64,000 bases of DNA from Alphaproteobacteria bacterium (GTDB taxonomy: Bacteria > Pseudomonadota > Alphaproteobacteria > UBA9655): the NCBI GenBank assembly GCA_021731585.1, contig JAKFXB010000124.1, forward strand, positions 9,313 through 73,312, written 5' to 3'. The first letter of the stretch is position 1. Every line of letters starts with the position of its first letter. The notes beneath the pieces are model-generated. The model was not told where the DNA came from. It worked only from the letters and a program-made list of their open reading frames with translations, and did no database searches. Both the position numbers and the translations under genes were made by a program. Positions 35,524 through 44,675 of the stretch are shown here, piece after piece.

Positions 35524-37083
35524 ATGTTATACATTCCTTTATGGAAAAAAATTCTGATCATTGGCATTTGTCTTCTTGGATTGCTCTTTGCTAGCCCTAA
35601 TTTTTTTACTCGTGAACAGCTTGCAAGCTTCCCTAGTTGGTATCCTAAAAGCCAAATCACTCTTGGACTTGACCTGCAGGGGGGGGCGCATCTTCTTTTA
35701 GAGGTTGATTTTGATGCTGTTCAAAAGGAGCAAATGGCCTCACTGGCTGATATGGCGCGAACCACCCTTCGCAAAGAGCGGATTGGTTATACGGGGCTCG
35801 CCGCCAAAAAGGATTTTGTTACCCTTATCCTGCGTAACCCTGCCGATCTCGAAAAAGCCAAATCTCTCATCCACAACACAGACACAGATGTTGAGATTAC
35901 GTCTGCGGCAGAAGGTCAATTAACTCTCCGGTTTGATGAAACTTCTCTGCGAGCCCGACGAAAATCGGTTTTGGCCCAATCCATTGAAATTGTCCGCCGC
36001 CGCGTCGACGAAATGGGAACAGCTGAGCCTTTCATTCAACAGCAGGGCGATGACCGAATTTTGGTTCAACTTCCTGGCGTGCAAGATCCTGCCCGCATTA
36101 AGGCAATGTTGGGGAAAACGGCAAAGCTGCAATTTCGTTTTGTTGACATGTCCATTAATGCCGAGCCGGGCAAACCTGTTCCCGGCGTTGATATTCTCCC
36201 TGAAGAGCGAGATGGAAAAACCATTTATTTAGCTGTGAAAAAACAAGTCATCCTCAGTGGCGAGAATTTAGTCGATGCCCAGCCTGGATTTGATGAGTAT
36301 AATCGCCCCATCATAAACTTTAAATTTGATTCTTTGGGGGCTAAAAAATTTGGAGACGCAACAAAAAATAACATCGGACAAGTTTTTGCCATCGTTTTGG
36401 ATGATAAGATTATCATGGCTCCTCATATTCAAACTCCTATCCTAGATGGTCGTGGTATGATTACGGGTGGTTTTTCCGTACAGCAAGCTCAAGATCTTGC
36501 TCTTTTGATGCGCGCAGGCGCCCTTCCAGCACCTCTTAACGTTATTGAAGAACGCACGGTTGGACCTGGACTTGGTGCCGACTCTATTGCCTCAGGTGAA
36601 TATGCGACGATCATTGCCATTTTAATGGTGGCTGCCTTTATGTTTATTGCCTATTCCTTCTTTGGCGCCATTGCGAATATTGCGGTTGTCTTTAACCTAA
36701 TTCTTTTATTTGCCGCTCTCTCAGTGACCCATGCGACCCTCACTTTACCTGGTATTGCGGGCATTGCCCTTACGGTCGGTATGGCTGTGGATGCCAACGT
36801 TTTAATTAACGAGCGGATTAAGGAAGAGCTACGCAATGGGCGTAAAATGCTCAGCGCCATCGATGCGGGTTATAACCGGGCTATGACCACCATTATTGAC
36901 TCCAACCTCACAACATTGATTGGTGTGGCGCTTTTGTATTATTTTGGTGCTGGCCCCACCCGTGGCTTTGCTGTGACAACCTCTTTGGGAATTATTATTT
37001 CCATGTTTACGGCCATCTCCCTTACGAAACTCATTTTGGCATGGTGGATTGGGTGGAGACGCCCTACCCATCTTCCCATTTAA
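35524..37083 (+). CDS. secD: protein translocase subunit SecD
   Basis: 519 aa with a large periplasmic loop and C-terminal 5 TM segments (GIAGIALTVGMAVDANVLINERI). Confidence 0.93.
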   Translation: MLYIPLWKKILIIGICLLGLLFASPNFFTREQLASFPSWYPKSQITLGLDLQGGAHLLLEVDFDAVQKEQMASLADMARTTLRKERIGYTGLAAKKDFVTLILRNPADLEKAKSLIHNTDTDVEITSAAEGQLTLRFDETSLRARRKSVLAQSIEIVRRRVDEMGTAEPFIQQQGDDRILVQLPGVQDPARIKAMLGKTAKLQFRFVDMSINAEPGKPVPGVDILPEERDGKTIYLAVKKQVILSGENLVDAQPGFDEYNRPIINFKFDSLGAKKFGDATKNNIGQVFAIVLDDKIIMAPHIQTPILDGRGMITGGFSVQQAQDLALLMRAGALPAPLNVIEERTVGPGLGADSIASGEYATIIAILMVAAFMFIAYSFFGAIANIAVVFNLILLFAALSVTHATLTLPGIAGIALTVGMAVDANVLINERIKEELRNGRKMLSAIDAGYNRAMTTIIDSNLTTLIGVALLYYFGAGPTRGFAVTTSLGIIISMFTAISLTKLILAWWIGWRRPTHLPI

Positions 37084-37093
37084 GGAGCCCCCC

Positions 37094-38011
37094 ATGGGAT
37101 TACATTTGATACCCTATGACACGAAAATTAATTTTGTATCAAAGAAGAATATCATTTTTGCTATTTTGATTGCCGTTGCTGTGATCTGTTTGGGGTCGAT
37201 TTTCACCAAGGGTTTTACTTATGGAATCGACTTTAAGGGAGGATTGCTCCTTGAAATCCGCACATCCGGTCCTGCAGATATAGGAAAACTTCGTTCAGAA
37301 CTGAGTGATCTTGTTCAAGGAGAAGTCACTCTTCAAGAATTTGGTTCCCCCAATGATGTTCTTATTCGCGTGGAACAACAGCCCGGGGGTGATGCGGGTC
37401 AACTTGTTGCTTTAAACAAAATTAAGGCAAAACTGGGGATGGGAGTTGAGTACCGAAAAGTTGAAAGCGTGGGACCAAAGGTTAGTGAAGACCTTATCCG
37501 CAATGGTATCTATGCAATTATTGGGGCGCTGGTGGCCATGTTGATTTATATTTGGTTTCGCTTTGAATGGCAATTTGGTGTTTGCTCTCTGATTACCCTT
37601 GCCCATGATGCCCTGATTGTCTTGGGATTGTTTTCCATTTTTGGGCTAGAATTTAATGAAAATGCCATTATCGCCGTCTTGATTACGGTGACCTATTCTA
37701 TCAATGACACGGTTGTAATTTATGACCGCATTCGTGAAAACTTGCGTAAATTTAAGAAAATGCCTTTAGCTGATCTTATTAACCGTAGTATTAACGAAAC
37801 CCTCTCGCGCACCATTTTAACGTCCACCACAACCTTGCTCTCCCTCCTTGGTCTTTATTTCTTTGGCGGCCCGGTTATTGCGGCCTTCAGCCTTCCCATC
37901 ATCGTAGGTATTTTGGCCGGAACCGTTTCTTCTATTACGGTTTCAGCTCCCCTTCTTCTTCATATGCATCTTCGTGAGGACAACGAACTTGGGGAATTGA
38001 GCAAGAGTTAA
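37094..38011 (+). CDS. secF: protein translocase subunit SecF
   Basis: GIDFKGG motif and YSINDTVVIYDRIRE. The ATG at 37094 follows the secD stop; the track ORF start at 37049 overlaps secD. Confidence 0.92.
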   Translation: MGLHLIPYDTKINFVSKKNIIFAILIAVAVICLGSIFTKGFTYGIDFKGGLLLEIRTSGPADIGKLRSELSDLVQGEVTLQEFGSPNDVLIRVEQQPGGDAGQLVALNKIKAKLGMGVEYRKVESVGPKVSEDLIRNGIYAIIGALVAMLIYIWFRFEWQFGVCSLITLAHDALIVLGLFSIFGLEFNENAIIAVLITVTYSINDTVVIYDRIRENLRKFKKMPLADLINRSINETLSRTILTSTTTLLSLLGLYFFGGPVIAAFSLPIIVGILAGTVSSITVSAPLLLHMHLREDNELGELSKS

Positions 38012-38032
38012 ATTATTTAATGAGGACTTTAA

Positions 38033-38866
38033 ATGAAGCATATTTTATTCCCCTTGATGGGATTCTTAATATTGGCAAATTATGCATTTGCAGATTCATA
38101 TAAAAAATACGTCCCTGATTCTGCTAAACAGTATATTCCTGATCTTAACAAAGATGAGACTTCCTCAAGCTCGCAAAAGGAAAATAATGATTTTAAGAAA
38201 TATATTCCTGAGCCATACCAAAAATATATTCCAGAATTTACAAATGGACAAGAAGCGATGGAAGATTCGTTTTGGAGTGATCATTGGGACGAAGAGGCTC
38301 CTTCTTCATCGACAAAGTCCTCCTTAAAAGATAAAGTTCTCTATGGTCCTTCCTCTTTATCAAATACCTCTTACCATAATTTGACAGGGAATGGTCCCCT
38401 TAAATTAACTCATATAACTGTTGAGCACAATTTGGAGGTAAACGGTCCCTTAACAGGGTCTAAAATTCAGACTGCATTTTTGAAAGTTAATGGTCCTGTT
38501 AAAGTCTTGAGTCTGAATGTTGAAAAGGCTGTTATTAGGGGGGCTGCCAACCTTAAGGATGCCAATGTCAAAAATGGATTCACTATCTATGGTTTTCTTT
38601 CTGCGCAAGGATCTGCTTTCAAAAAACCTATCCACGCATTCTCTTCAGAAATTCGTCTTAAAGATAGCCAAGTTCAATCTATTGTTTTAGAAAAAGACAA
38701 CGCCTCTTCTAACGAATCTCCTAGAATTCATTTGCTGGGTACCACACACGTATTTGGGGATATTGAATTTAAAGGTAAAAAAGGAATTGTTGAGGCTGGA
38801 CCTAATGCGAAAGTAAATGGAAAAATCATCAATGGCATTCTTCAGGATACGGAAAATAAAAGATAA
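38033..38866 (+). CDS. hypothetical secreted protein with bactofilin-like beta-helical repeats
   Basis: Signal peptide, then short KKY(I/V)P..(K/Q)YIP(D/E) repeats. The C-terminal half has repeated NGP(L/V)... and G.I..G strands. Confidence 0.55.
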   Translation: MKHILFPLMGFLILANYAFADSYKKYVPDSAKQYIPDLNKDETSSSSQKENNDFKKYIPEPYQKYIPEFTNGQEAMEDSFWSDHWDEEAPSSSTKSSLKDKVLYGPSSLSNTSYHNLTGNGPLKLTHITVEHNLEVNGPLTGSKIQTAFLKVNGPVKVLSLNVEKAVIRGAANLKDANVKNGFTIYGFLSAQGSAFKKPIHAFSSEIRLKDSQVQSIVLEKDNASSNESPRIHLLGTTHVFGDIEFKGKKGIVEAGPNAKVNGKIINGILQDTENKR

Positions 38867-38898
38867 TAACGCTCTTATTCTAGGATTTGCAAAGAGGA

Positions 38899-39387
38899 TT
38901 AACGCGAATTTGTACGTTCTTCAGATATTCCGGTAAAAGTAGCCCCTTCCCGATTTGCATGTCTAAAATTGACACCCTTAAGAGTACTTCCATCGAAAGC
39001 GACATTTTTTAAATTTGCGTTTTCAAAATTTGTGGATGTAATCGTTGCATCGATAAAACTAGCACCTTCTAAATTGGCTTTAGAGAAAGAAGAATTTTCA
39101 ATTGTTGTCCCTGAAAAATCAGCGCCTCTTAAGTCGGCCTTTTCAAATCCAATATCGCGTATATCCATCCCCAAAAAAACACACCCCTGAAGATTCGCTC
39201 CCTCTAAGTTTATATCTTTCAGGTCATAAGCACGTAAATCAGTATAAGAAAGATCCAAAGGTTTTCTTTGGTCATTTTTTTGTAGAGATTGAAGCTGTGC
39301 AAGATCTTCAGGAGAAGCCGCAGACAAAGGGTGACAAAAAATTGTCAAAGGAGAGAGAAAAACAAGAACGCTTATAAGAAAATTCAT
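38899..39387 (-). CDS. secreted pentapeptide-repeat protein
   Basis: Signal peptide, then consecutive A(D/N)LxG-type pentapeptides (ANLEGANLQGCVF, ADLRGADFSGT, ANLEGASFIDA, ANLKNVAFDGS). Confidence 0.8.
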   Translation of the reverse strand: MNFLISVLVFLSPLTIFCHPLSAASPEDLAQLQSLQKNDQRKPLDLSYTDLRAYDLKDINLEGANLQGCVFLGMDIRDIGFEKADLRGADFSGTTIENSSFSKANLEGASFIDATITSTNFENANLKNVAFDGSTLKGVNFRHANREGATFTGISEERTNSR

Positions 39388-39591
39388 CTAAAAATCCTTA
39401 TGTTTAAATTATCATAATTAAATATTTTAATTAATTTTAGTTAATTTATAGTTAATTTGCCTTCACTCCACGTTTGCATCATCATCCCGCTGTTTAACAT
39501 TGGAATTCAGCAATCATTTGAAAATACTATTTGTATTTCTTTCTAGGATTTGCTTACCTCCAAAAGCAATTTAGAAAGAGAGAAAATATCC

Positions 39592-40320
39592 ATGTCCCCT
39601 CATCTCCTCATGATGTGGCTCCAACAATTTTCTGCTGAAGGTTTGACCCTTGCCTTGTTTTTGTGTTGTGGGATTCTTATCCTGTTCATGATGCGAGTTT
39701 TTGGTGCCGTCGGCTTGATGGTTTATAACTCTCTTGCCGTTGTTGTCGCCAATATTCAGGTGCACAAAGCGTCAACTTTTAAGTTTTTCCATGAGCCCAT
39801 TGCTCTTGGAACAGTTGTGTTTGCCTCAATTTTCTATGTCAGCAGCATTTTGACTGAATATTATGGAAAGGCGGAGGCAAAAAAGGCCGTGTGGCTCAGC
39901 TTTGCAGGCATGGTTCTAATCACCGTATTCATGTTTTTCACCCTGGGATTTAAGCCAGCTGTGGGCTATCAAGAAAGTCACGATGCAATGTGTGTCTTGT
40001 TTCTGCCCGCACCTGCCCTATTGATCTCTAGTTTAGTCGCCTATGTTATTGGACAGCAAAATGATATCTGGCTTTTCTCGCTCCTTTCAAAACTCACAGC
40101 TGGAAAGGCCTTATGGCTTCGCACCTTTGTTTCGACCTTAATTGCTACATTTCTTGATAATGTGGTTTTCAGTGTGCTCGCTTGGATGATTTTTTCCTCT
40201 CACCCCTTGCCATGGGAGACGGTCTTCTTTACCTATATCTTAGGAACCTATATTATCAGGCTCTTTATGGCCTTTATGGGGATCCCTTTTCTTTATGTTG
40301 CAAGGTTTATGGTTCGCTGA
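39592..40320 (+). CDS. yhhQ: queuosine-precursor transporter (YhhQ/DUF165, VUT family)
   Basis: Multi-TM protein with the motif SSILTEYYGKAEAKKAVW. Its stop overlaps the tgt start (TGATG). The ATG at 39592 is preferred over the TTG at 39550. Confidence 0.8.
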   Translation: MSPHLLMMWLQQFSAEGLTLALFLCCGILILFMMRVFGAVGLMVYNSLAVVVANIQVHKASTFKFFHEPIALGTVVFASIFYVSSILTEYYGKAEAKKAVWLSFAGMVLITVFMFFTLGFKPAVGYQESHDAMCVLFLPAPALLISSLVAYVIGQQNDIWLFSLLSKLTAGKALWLRTFVSTLIATFLDNVVFSVLAWMIFSSHPLPWETVFFTYILGTYIIRLFMAFMGIPFLYVARFMVR

Positions 40321-41525
40321 TGGAATATTCTAAATTTAATTTTGAGGTAACCTTTCAGGCGCCTTCTTCTAAGGCCCGTCTGGGAAAGCTTTCCACTCCC
40401 CACGGCGTTATAGAAACGCCCGCCTTTATTTTTTGTGCCACAAAAGCAGCCATCAAAGGCGCAACCCCTGAGGAAATGTGGCGTGAGAAGACCCAAATTA
40501 TTCTCTCCAACACCTATCACCTGATGCTTCAACCGGGAGCTGAGTTGGTGGCAAAAATGGGAGGCCTTCATAAATTTATGGGCTGGAGTGGGCCTATGCT
40601 GACGGATTCAGGCGGCTTTCAAATTTTTAGCCTGGGGCATGGATCCGTTGCCGAAGAAGTCAAAGGCAGACGCCAGTCAACTCGTCCCAAAAGCCTTTTG
40701 ACCATTACTGAAGAAGGCGCCACCTTTAAATCCTACTTGGATGGGAAAACTCATGTACTGAGCCCTGAAAAATCCATTCAGGTTCAGCGTAATTTAGGGG
40801 CCGATCTCATCGTTGTGCTCGATGAGTGCACGCCTTTTCATGTGGACAAAGCCTATACGGAAAAATCCATGCATATGAGTCACCGCTGGGCTGAACGCAG
40901 TTTAAAAGAATTTCAGCGTGGAGACACAGGCGTCCAAGCCCTTTACGGCATCACTCAAGGGGGGGTTTACCCTGACTTAAGGCGGATGAGCGCTGATTTC
41001 GTCAACAGTCAACCCTTCTTTGGCCATGCGGTGGGAGGCTCCCTCGGCGCCGATAAAACCCAAATGGCGGAAGTTGTAGAGATGGCCATGGAGCCATTAG
41101 ATCCCAGCCGTCCCGTCCATTTGCTAGGCATTGGCGGCATAAGCGATATCTTCTATGGCGTGACCCAAGGCATTGATACCTTTGATTGTGTGCACCCAAC
41201 TCGCCTCGCTCGCCATGGCGGCGCCCTAACTCCCCCTTCCGTGTGGGAGCAGTTAGAAGAAAATCCCAAGGGCCGAGAACATATGAATTTGCGCAATGCC
41301 CGCTTCCATGATGATCCCCACCCCATTGATGAAACTTGTGGCTGTCACACCTGTCAAACCCTCTCCAGAGGCTATCTCCATCATCTTTTAAAAGCCGGAG
41401 AACTTCTCGCCATGAAAGCCCTCACCACCCACAATGTGCATTTCATGAATCGGCTTTTAACCAGCATTAGAAAGGCTATTGCTACCGATTCCCTCAAGGA
41501 AGAGAAAATAAAGTGGATCGCTTAA
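40320..41525 (+). CDS. tgt: tRNA-guanine transglycosylase
   Basis: Motifs TPAFIF, LTDSGGFQ, VLDECTP and FDCVHPTR, plus the zinc motif CGCHTCQ...HHL. The track ORF start at 40182 is a spurious extension over yhhQ. Confidence 0.92.
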   Translation: MEYSKFNFEVTFQAPSSKARLGKLSTPHGVIETPAFIFCATKAAIKGATPEEMWREKTQIILSNTYHLMLQPGAELVAKMGGLHKFMGWSGPMLTDSGGFQIFSLGHGSVAEEVKGRRQSTRPKSLLTITEEGATFKSYLDGKTHVLSPEKSIQVQRNLGADLIVVLDECTPFHVDKAYTEKSMHMSHRWAERSLKEFQRGDTGVQALYGITQGGVYPDLRRMSADFVNSQPFFGHAVGGSLGADKTQMAEVVEMAMEPLDPSRPVHLLGIGGISDIFYGVTQGIDTFDCVHPTRLARHGGALTPPSVWEQLEENPKGREHMNLRNARFHDDPHPIDETCGCHTCQTLSRGYLHHLLKAGELLAMKALTTHNVHFMNRLLTSIRKAIATDSLKEEKIKWIA

Positions 41526-41584
41526 GAATTTATTAACCTGTAAATTAGAAAATAGAAAAAATAAATGAGACAGGAGAAAACCTC

Positions 41585-41923
41585 ATGGAAAGATTTTTAA
41601 GCAGTGTCATCATCGTTTGTGCCTTAGGGCTCACAGAGGTTCAGGCTCAAGAGGCAACCTCATCATCAAACACCGTCTCTTCATCATCCTGTGGGTCTCT
41701 TACAGACAATTGTCGCAGCCTTTCTCTCGGCGCTGACGATAATCCAGACCTATGTTCCTGCAAAACCATCTGTGCTTCTGCACAAAAAGCCTGTCTCCAA
41801 GAAAATGATAAAACCAATTTGGACACGGCATCACTCTATGCTCTCTATTGCAAAAAGGCCTGTAAAAAGTACAAAAAGCAGGAAGAGCAGAAAAAAGGGT
41901 CTTCTTCATCAAAGAGCCAATAG
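41585..41923 (+). CDS. small secreted cysteine-rich, Ser/Lys-rich protein
   Basis: 112 aa. Signal peptide (…ALGLTEVQA), then 8 Cys and a basic tail. Confidence 0.55.
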   Translation: MERFLSSVIIVCALGLTEVQAQEATSSSNTVSSSSCGSLTDNCRSLSLGADDNPDLCSCKTICASAQKACLQENDKTNLDTASLYALYCKKACKKYKKQEEQKKGSSSSKSQ

Positions 41924-41952
41924 TGACATCTTTTAATGCTTTGTCAAAAAAC

Positions 41953-42558
41953 TCAAACTAACAGACTCTCATAAAAACTACCAAAAGGATGAGTTGGATG
42001 ACAGATTTGAATTTCTAAAATCCAATGGCCGGGACTTATTGTTTCAGGAAAGGTATTAATACCCTTTCTCCATCCTCTATGAGGATAGGCCCCTATGAGG
42101 TGCCCGGCAGGCTCTAAGTTAAAATGATAGCCCTTAGCTTCCGTTAACTTAATAATATGGCCATAGAGCTCAATTCCAGTCGGATTATGTTGCTGCCAGT
42201 ACTCACGGCCTTCGTGAAAGATTTTTTCCGCTGCTTTTTGAATAGCATTGTAGTCAGGATTCTCTCCAAAGGTAAGCGTATGCCCCGCATCCCCTTCAAC
42301 CCCATCCTTTACAATACCAATATCTATAAAAGCGATGTCCTCCTGCTGAAGAATTAAATCTTCCTGTGCTCCCTGATGGAATTGGAGTAGGGTATGCTTT
42401 CCAAAACGGACATAAGGAGGATGCCAAAGTCGGTCAATTTCATAGTCTTCAAAGAGAGAGCGAATCTGAGAAATAACCTCGCTCTCCCTCATTCCGGGTT
42501 GAATTTTGTCAATGGCTCTTTTGAGAATATGCCACGTAAGTTCTGAAGAGGTTTTCAC
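41953..42558 (-). CDS. M24-family (aminopeptidase/creatinase-fold) protein, catalytic domain only
   Basis: 201 aa. FIDIGIVKDGVEGDAGHT and GHLIG resemble the M24 metal-ligand motifs. The protein is short for the family. Confidence 0.6.
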   Translation of the reverse strand: MKTSSELTWHILKRAIDKIQPGMRESEVISQIRSLFEDYEIDRLWHPPYVRFGKHTLLQFHQGAQEDLILQQEDIAFIDIGIVKDGVEGDAGHTLTFGENPDYNAIQKAAEKIFHEGREYWQQHNPTGIELYGHIIKLTEAKGYHFNLEPAGHLIGAYPHRGWRKGINTFPETISPGHWILEIQICHPTHPFGSFYESLLV

Positions 42559-42623
42559 CTTCTCCAGAATTTGCGCTTCGATATATTGCTTAGTATTCTC
42601 CAGCCGTGATTGGATTTTAGGAT

Positions 42624-43895
42624 CTATGCTCCGCTTCCTTCTGCATTCTTTGAGCCCTTCTTGCCATAGATGAAGAGAGGTTCCGCATTATTGAGAATAA
42701 CTTCCTCGTTAATGACAACCTCTTCCGCATTTTCAATGGTTGGCAACTCGAACATAGTATTCAAAAGAGTTGCCTCTAAGATAGATCTCAGACCACGAGC
42801 GCCGGTTTTTCTCTCAACCGCCTTCTGGGCAATGGCTTTCAAAGCGCCTTCCGTAAAGTTTAACTCAACACCTTCCATATTAAAAAGGCGCTTGTATTGC
42901 TTTGTCAGCGCGTTCTTTGGCTCAGTTAGAATTTGAATAAGCGCCTCTTCATCAAGGTCATTGAGGGTCGCAATCACAGGAAGACGACCAATAAACTCTG
43001 GGATAAGGCCAAATTTCAAAAGATCTTCTGTTTCAAGATTTTTTAAAAGTTCTCCTGTTTTACGATCTTCAGGACCTCTTACATCCGCACCAAAACCAAT
43101 GGAAGTTCCCCTCCCTCGCGTTGCAATAAGCCTTTCAATGCCCGCAAAAGCACCTCCGCAGATAAAGAGAATGTTCGTGGTGTCCACTTGCAAAAATTCC
43201 TGTTGAGGGTGCTTACGCCCTCCTTGAGGCGGAACCGACGCTACTGTACCTTCCATAATCTTAAGAAGAGCTTGTTGCACACCTTCGCCTGAGACATCAC
43301 GCGTAATAGAAGGGTTATCGGACTTACGGGAAATCTTATCGACTTCATCAATATAAACAATGCCTCGTTGGGCTTTTTCCACGTTGTAATCAGCCGCTTG
43401 CAGCAACTTGAGGATAATATTTTCCACATCCTCACCCACATAGCCAGCCTCCGTTAATGTGGTAGCGTCCGCCATGGTAAAGGGCACATCAATAATGCGC
43501 GCCAGGGTTTGTGCTAGGAGTGTTTTACCGCAACCCGTTGGACCCACAAGAAGAATGTTGGATTTAGAAAGTTCAACATCATCTGAATGGCTGCCATGCT
43601 CAAGGCGCTTGTAGTGGTTATGAACAGCAACCGACAGCACCTTTTTTGCGCTCTCTTGACCGATCACATAGTCATTCAGAACATCATAAATTTGCTTTGG
43701 TGCAGGCACACCCTCAGGTGAGCGAAGCAGCGGCCCTTTGTTTTCTTCCTTGATAATATCAGTGCAAAGATCAACGCACTCATCGCAAATAAAGACGGAA
43801 GGTCCCGCAATAAGTTTGCGCACTTCATGTTGACTTTTGCCACAAAACGAGCAGTAGAGAGGGTTCTTTGTATCGTCGTCTTTTGATTTTGTCAT
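42624..43895 (-). CDS. clpX: ATP-dependent Clp protease ATP-binding subunit ClpX
   Basis: Zinc finger CSFCGK..CDEC, Walker A GPTGCGKT, and an IGF-type loop. Confidence 0.96.
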   Translation of the reverse strand: MTKSKDDDTKNPLYCSFCGKSQHEVRKLIAGPSVFICDECVDLCTDIIKEENKGPLLRSPEGVPAPKQIYDVLNDYVIGQESAKKVLSVAVHNHYKRLEHGSHSDDVELSKSNILLVGPTGCGKTLLAQTLARIIDVPFTMADATTLTEAGYVGEDVENIILKLLQAADYNVEKAQRGIVYIDEVDKISRKSDNPSITRDVSGEGVQQALLKIMEGTVASVPPQGGRKHPQQEFLQVDTTNILFICGGAFAGIERLIATRGRGTSIGFGADVRGPEDRKTGELLKNLETEDLLKFGLIPEFIGRLPVIATLNDLDEEALIQILTEPKNALTKQYKRLFNMEGVELNFTEGALKAIAQKAVERKTGARGLRSILEATLLNTMFELPTIENAEEVVINEEVILNNAEPLFIYGKKGSKNAEGSGA

Positions 43896-44027
43896 AGCAC
43901 CCTCCTTTAAATGATTCCAAACTGATAAGAGGCTCTCTTAAGATATGTTTCCTCTCTTATCTCAGGATCGCATGGAACTACCAATAAATGGTTAACAAAC
44001 AAAATTATTTGCGCTGATTTTTCTTCT

Positions 44028-44660
44028 TTATGCACTTTTTTTCACTTCGGGGGAAAAGGGGCGATTGGTGATAACTTCATCCACAAGACCAAACTTTTTT
44101 GCTACTTCTGCTGGCATAAAATTATCCCGATCCATAGCTTTTTCTATCACGTCCAAAGGTTGGCCTGTGCAATCTGCATAAAGCTTGTTCATACGAGCAC
44201 GAATTTCCAAAATCTCTCGCGCATGAATTTCAATATCAGAAGCTTGCCCCTGAAAACCACCCAAAGGTTGGTGAAGCATAACTCGAGCATTTGGCAAACA
44301 ATAGCGCTTTCCTTTAGTTCCTGCGGTAAGCAGGAAAGAGCCCATGGAGGCTGCTTGTCCAAAACAGAGAGTAGAAATATCACAGCGGATGTAATTCATC
44401 GTATCATAAATGGCAAACCCTGACGTTACGACCCCCCCAGGAGAGTTAATATATATAGAAATGTCTTTATTTGGATTTTCTGATTCCAAGAAAAGAAGTT
44501 GGGCACAAACAAGGCTTGAGACCACATCATCAATAGGACCATTTAAGAAAATGATTCTTTCCTTGAGAAGACGGGAAAAAATATCGAAAGAGCGCTCACC
44601 ACGTGCCGTCTGTTCTACAACAACGGGAACTAAATTATTCATGCTGATATCCATATTCAT
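44028..44660 (-). CDS. clpP: ATP-dependent Clp protease proteolytic subunit
   Basis: Catalytic-site motifs GQAASMG and MLHQP. Located in the tig-clpP-clpX order. Confidence 0.95.
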   Translation of the reverse strand: MNMDISMNNLVPVVVEQTARGERSFDIFSRLLKERIIFLNGPIDDVVSSLVCAQLLFLESENPNKDISIYINSPGGVVTSGFAIYDTMNYIRCDISTLCFGQAASMGSFLLTAGTKGKRYCLPNARVMLHQPLGGFQGQASDIEIHAREILEIRARMNKLYADCTGQPLDVIEKAMDRDNFMPAEVAKKFGLVDEVITNRPFSPEVKKSA

Positions 44661-44675
44661 TTCTCCTTACTTTCC

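Noticed and set aside
39541-39580. preQ1 riboswitch upstream of yhhQ
   Set aside because: A hairpin is present. However, it lacks the short P1 stem, C-containing loop and A-rich tail arrangement of the preQ1-I/II consensus as I remember it. It is kept only as a note inside the yhhQ-tgt finding.
40182-40319. N-terminal 46-codon extension of the tgt ORF in the track
   Set aside because: It overlaps the end of yhhQ in another frame. The conserved Tgt sequence begins at the ATG at 40320, which is coupled to the yhhQ stop.
43985-44000. 16-mer taaatggttaacaaac repeated at 46731-46746, both 70-100 nt upstream of minus-strand genes (clpX, small ORF)
   Set aside because: One exact 16-mer repeat is about what chance gives in 64 kb of AT-biased sequence on both strands. 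No convincing -35/-10 or CtrA (TTAA-N7-TTAA) pattern surrounds it.
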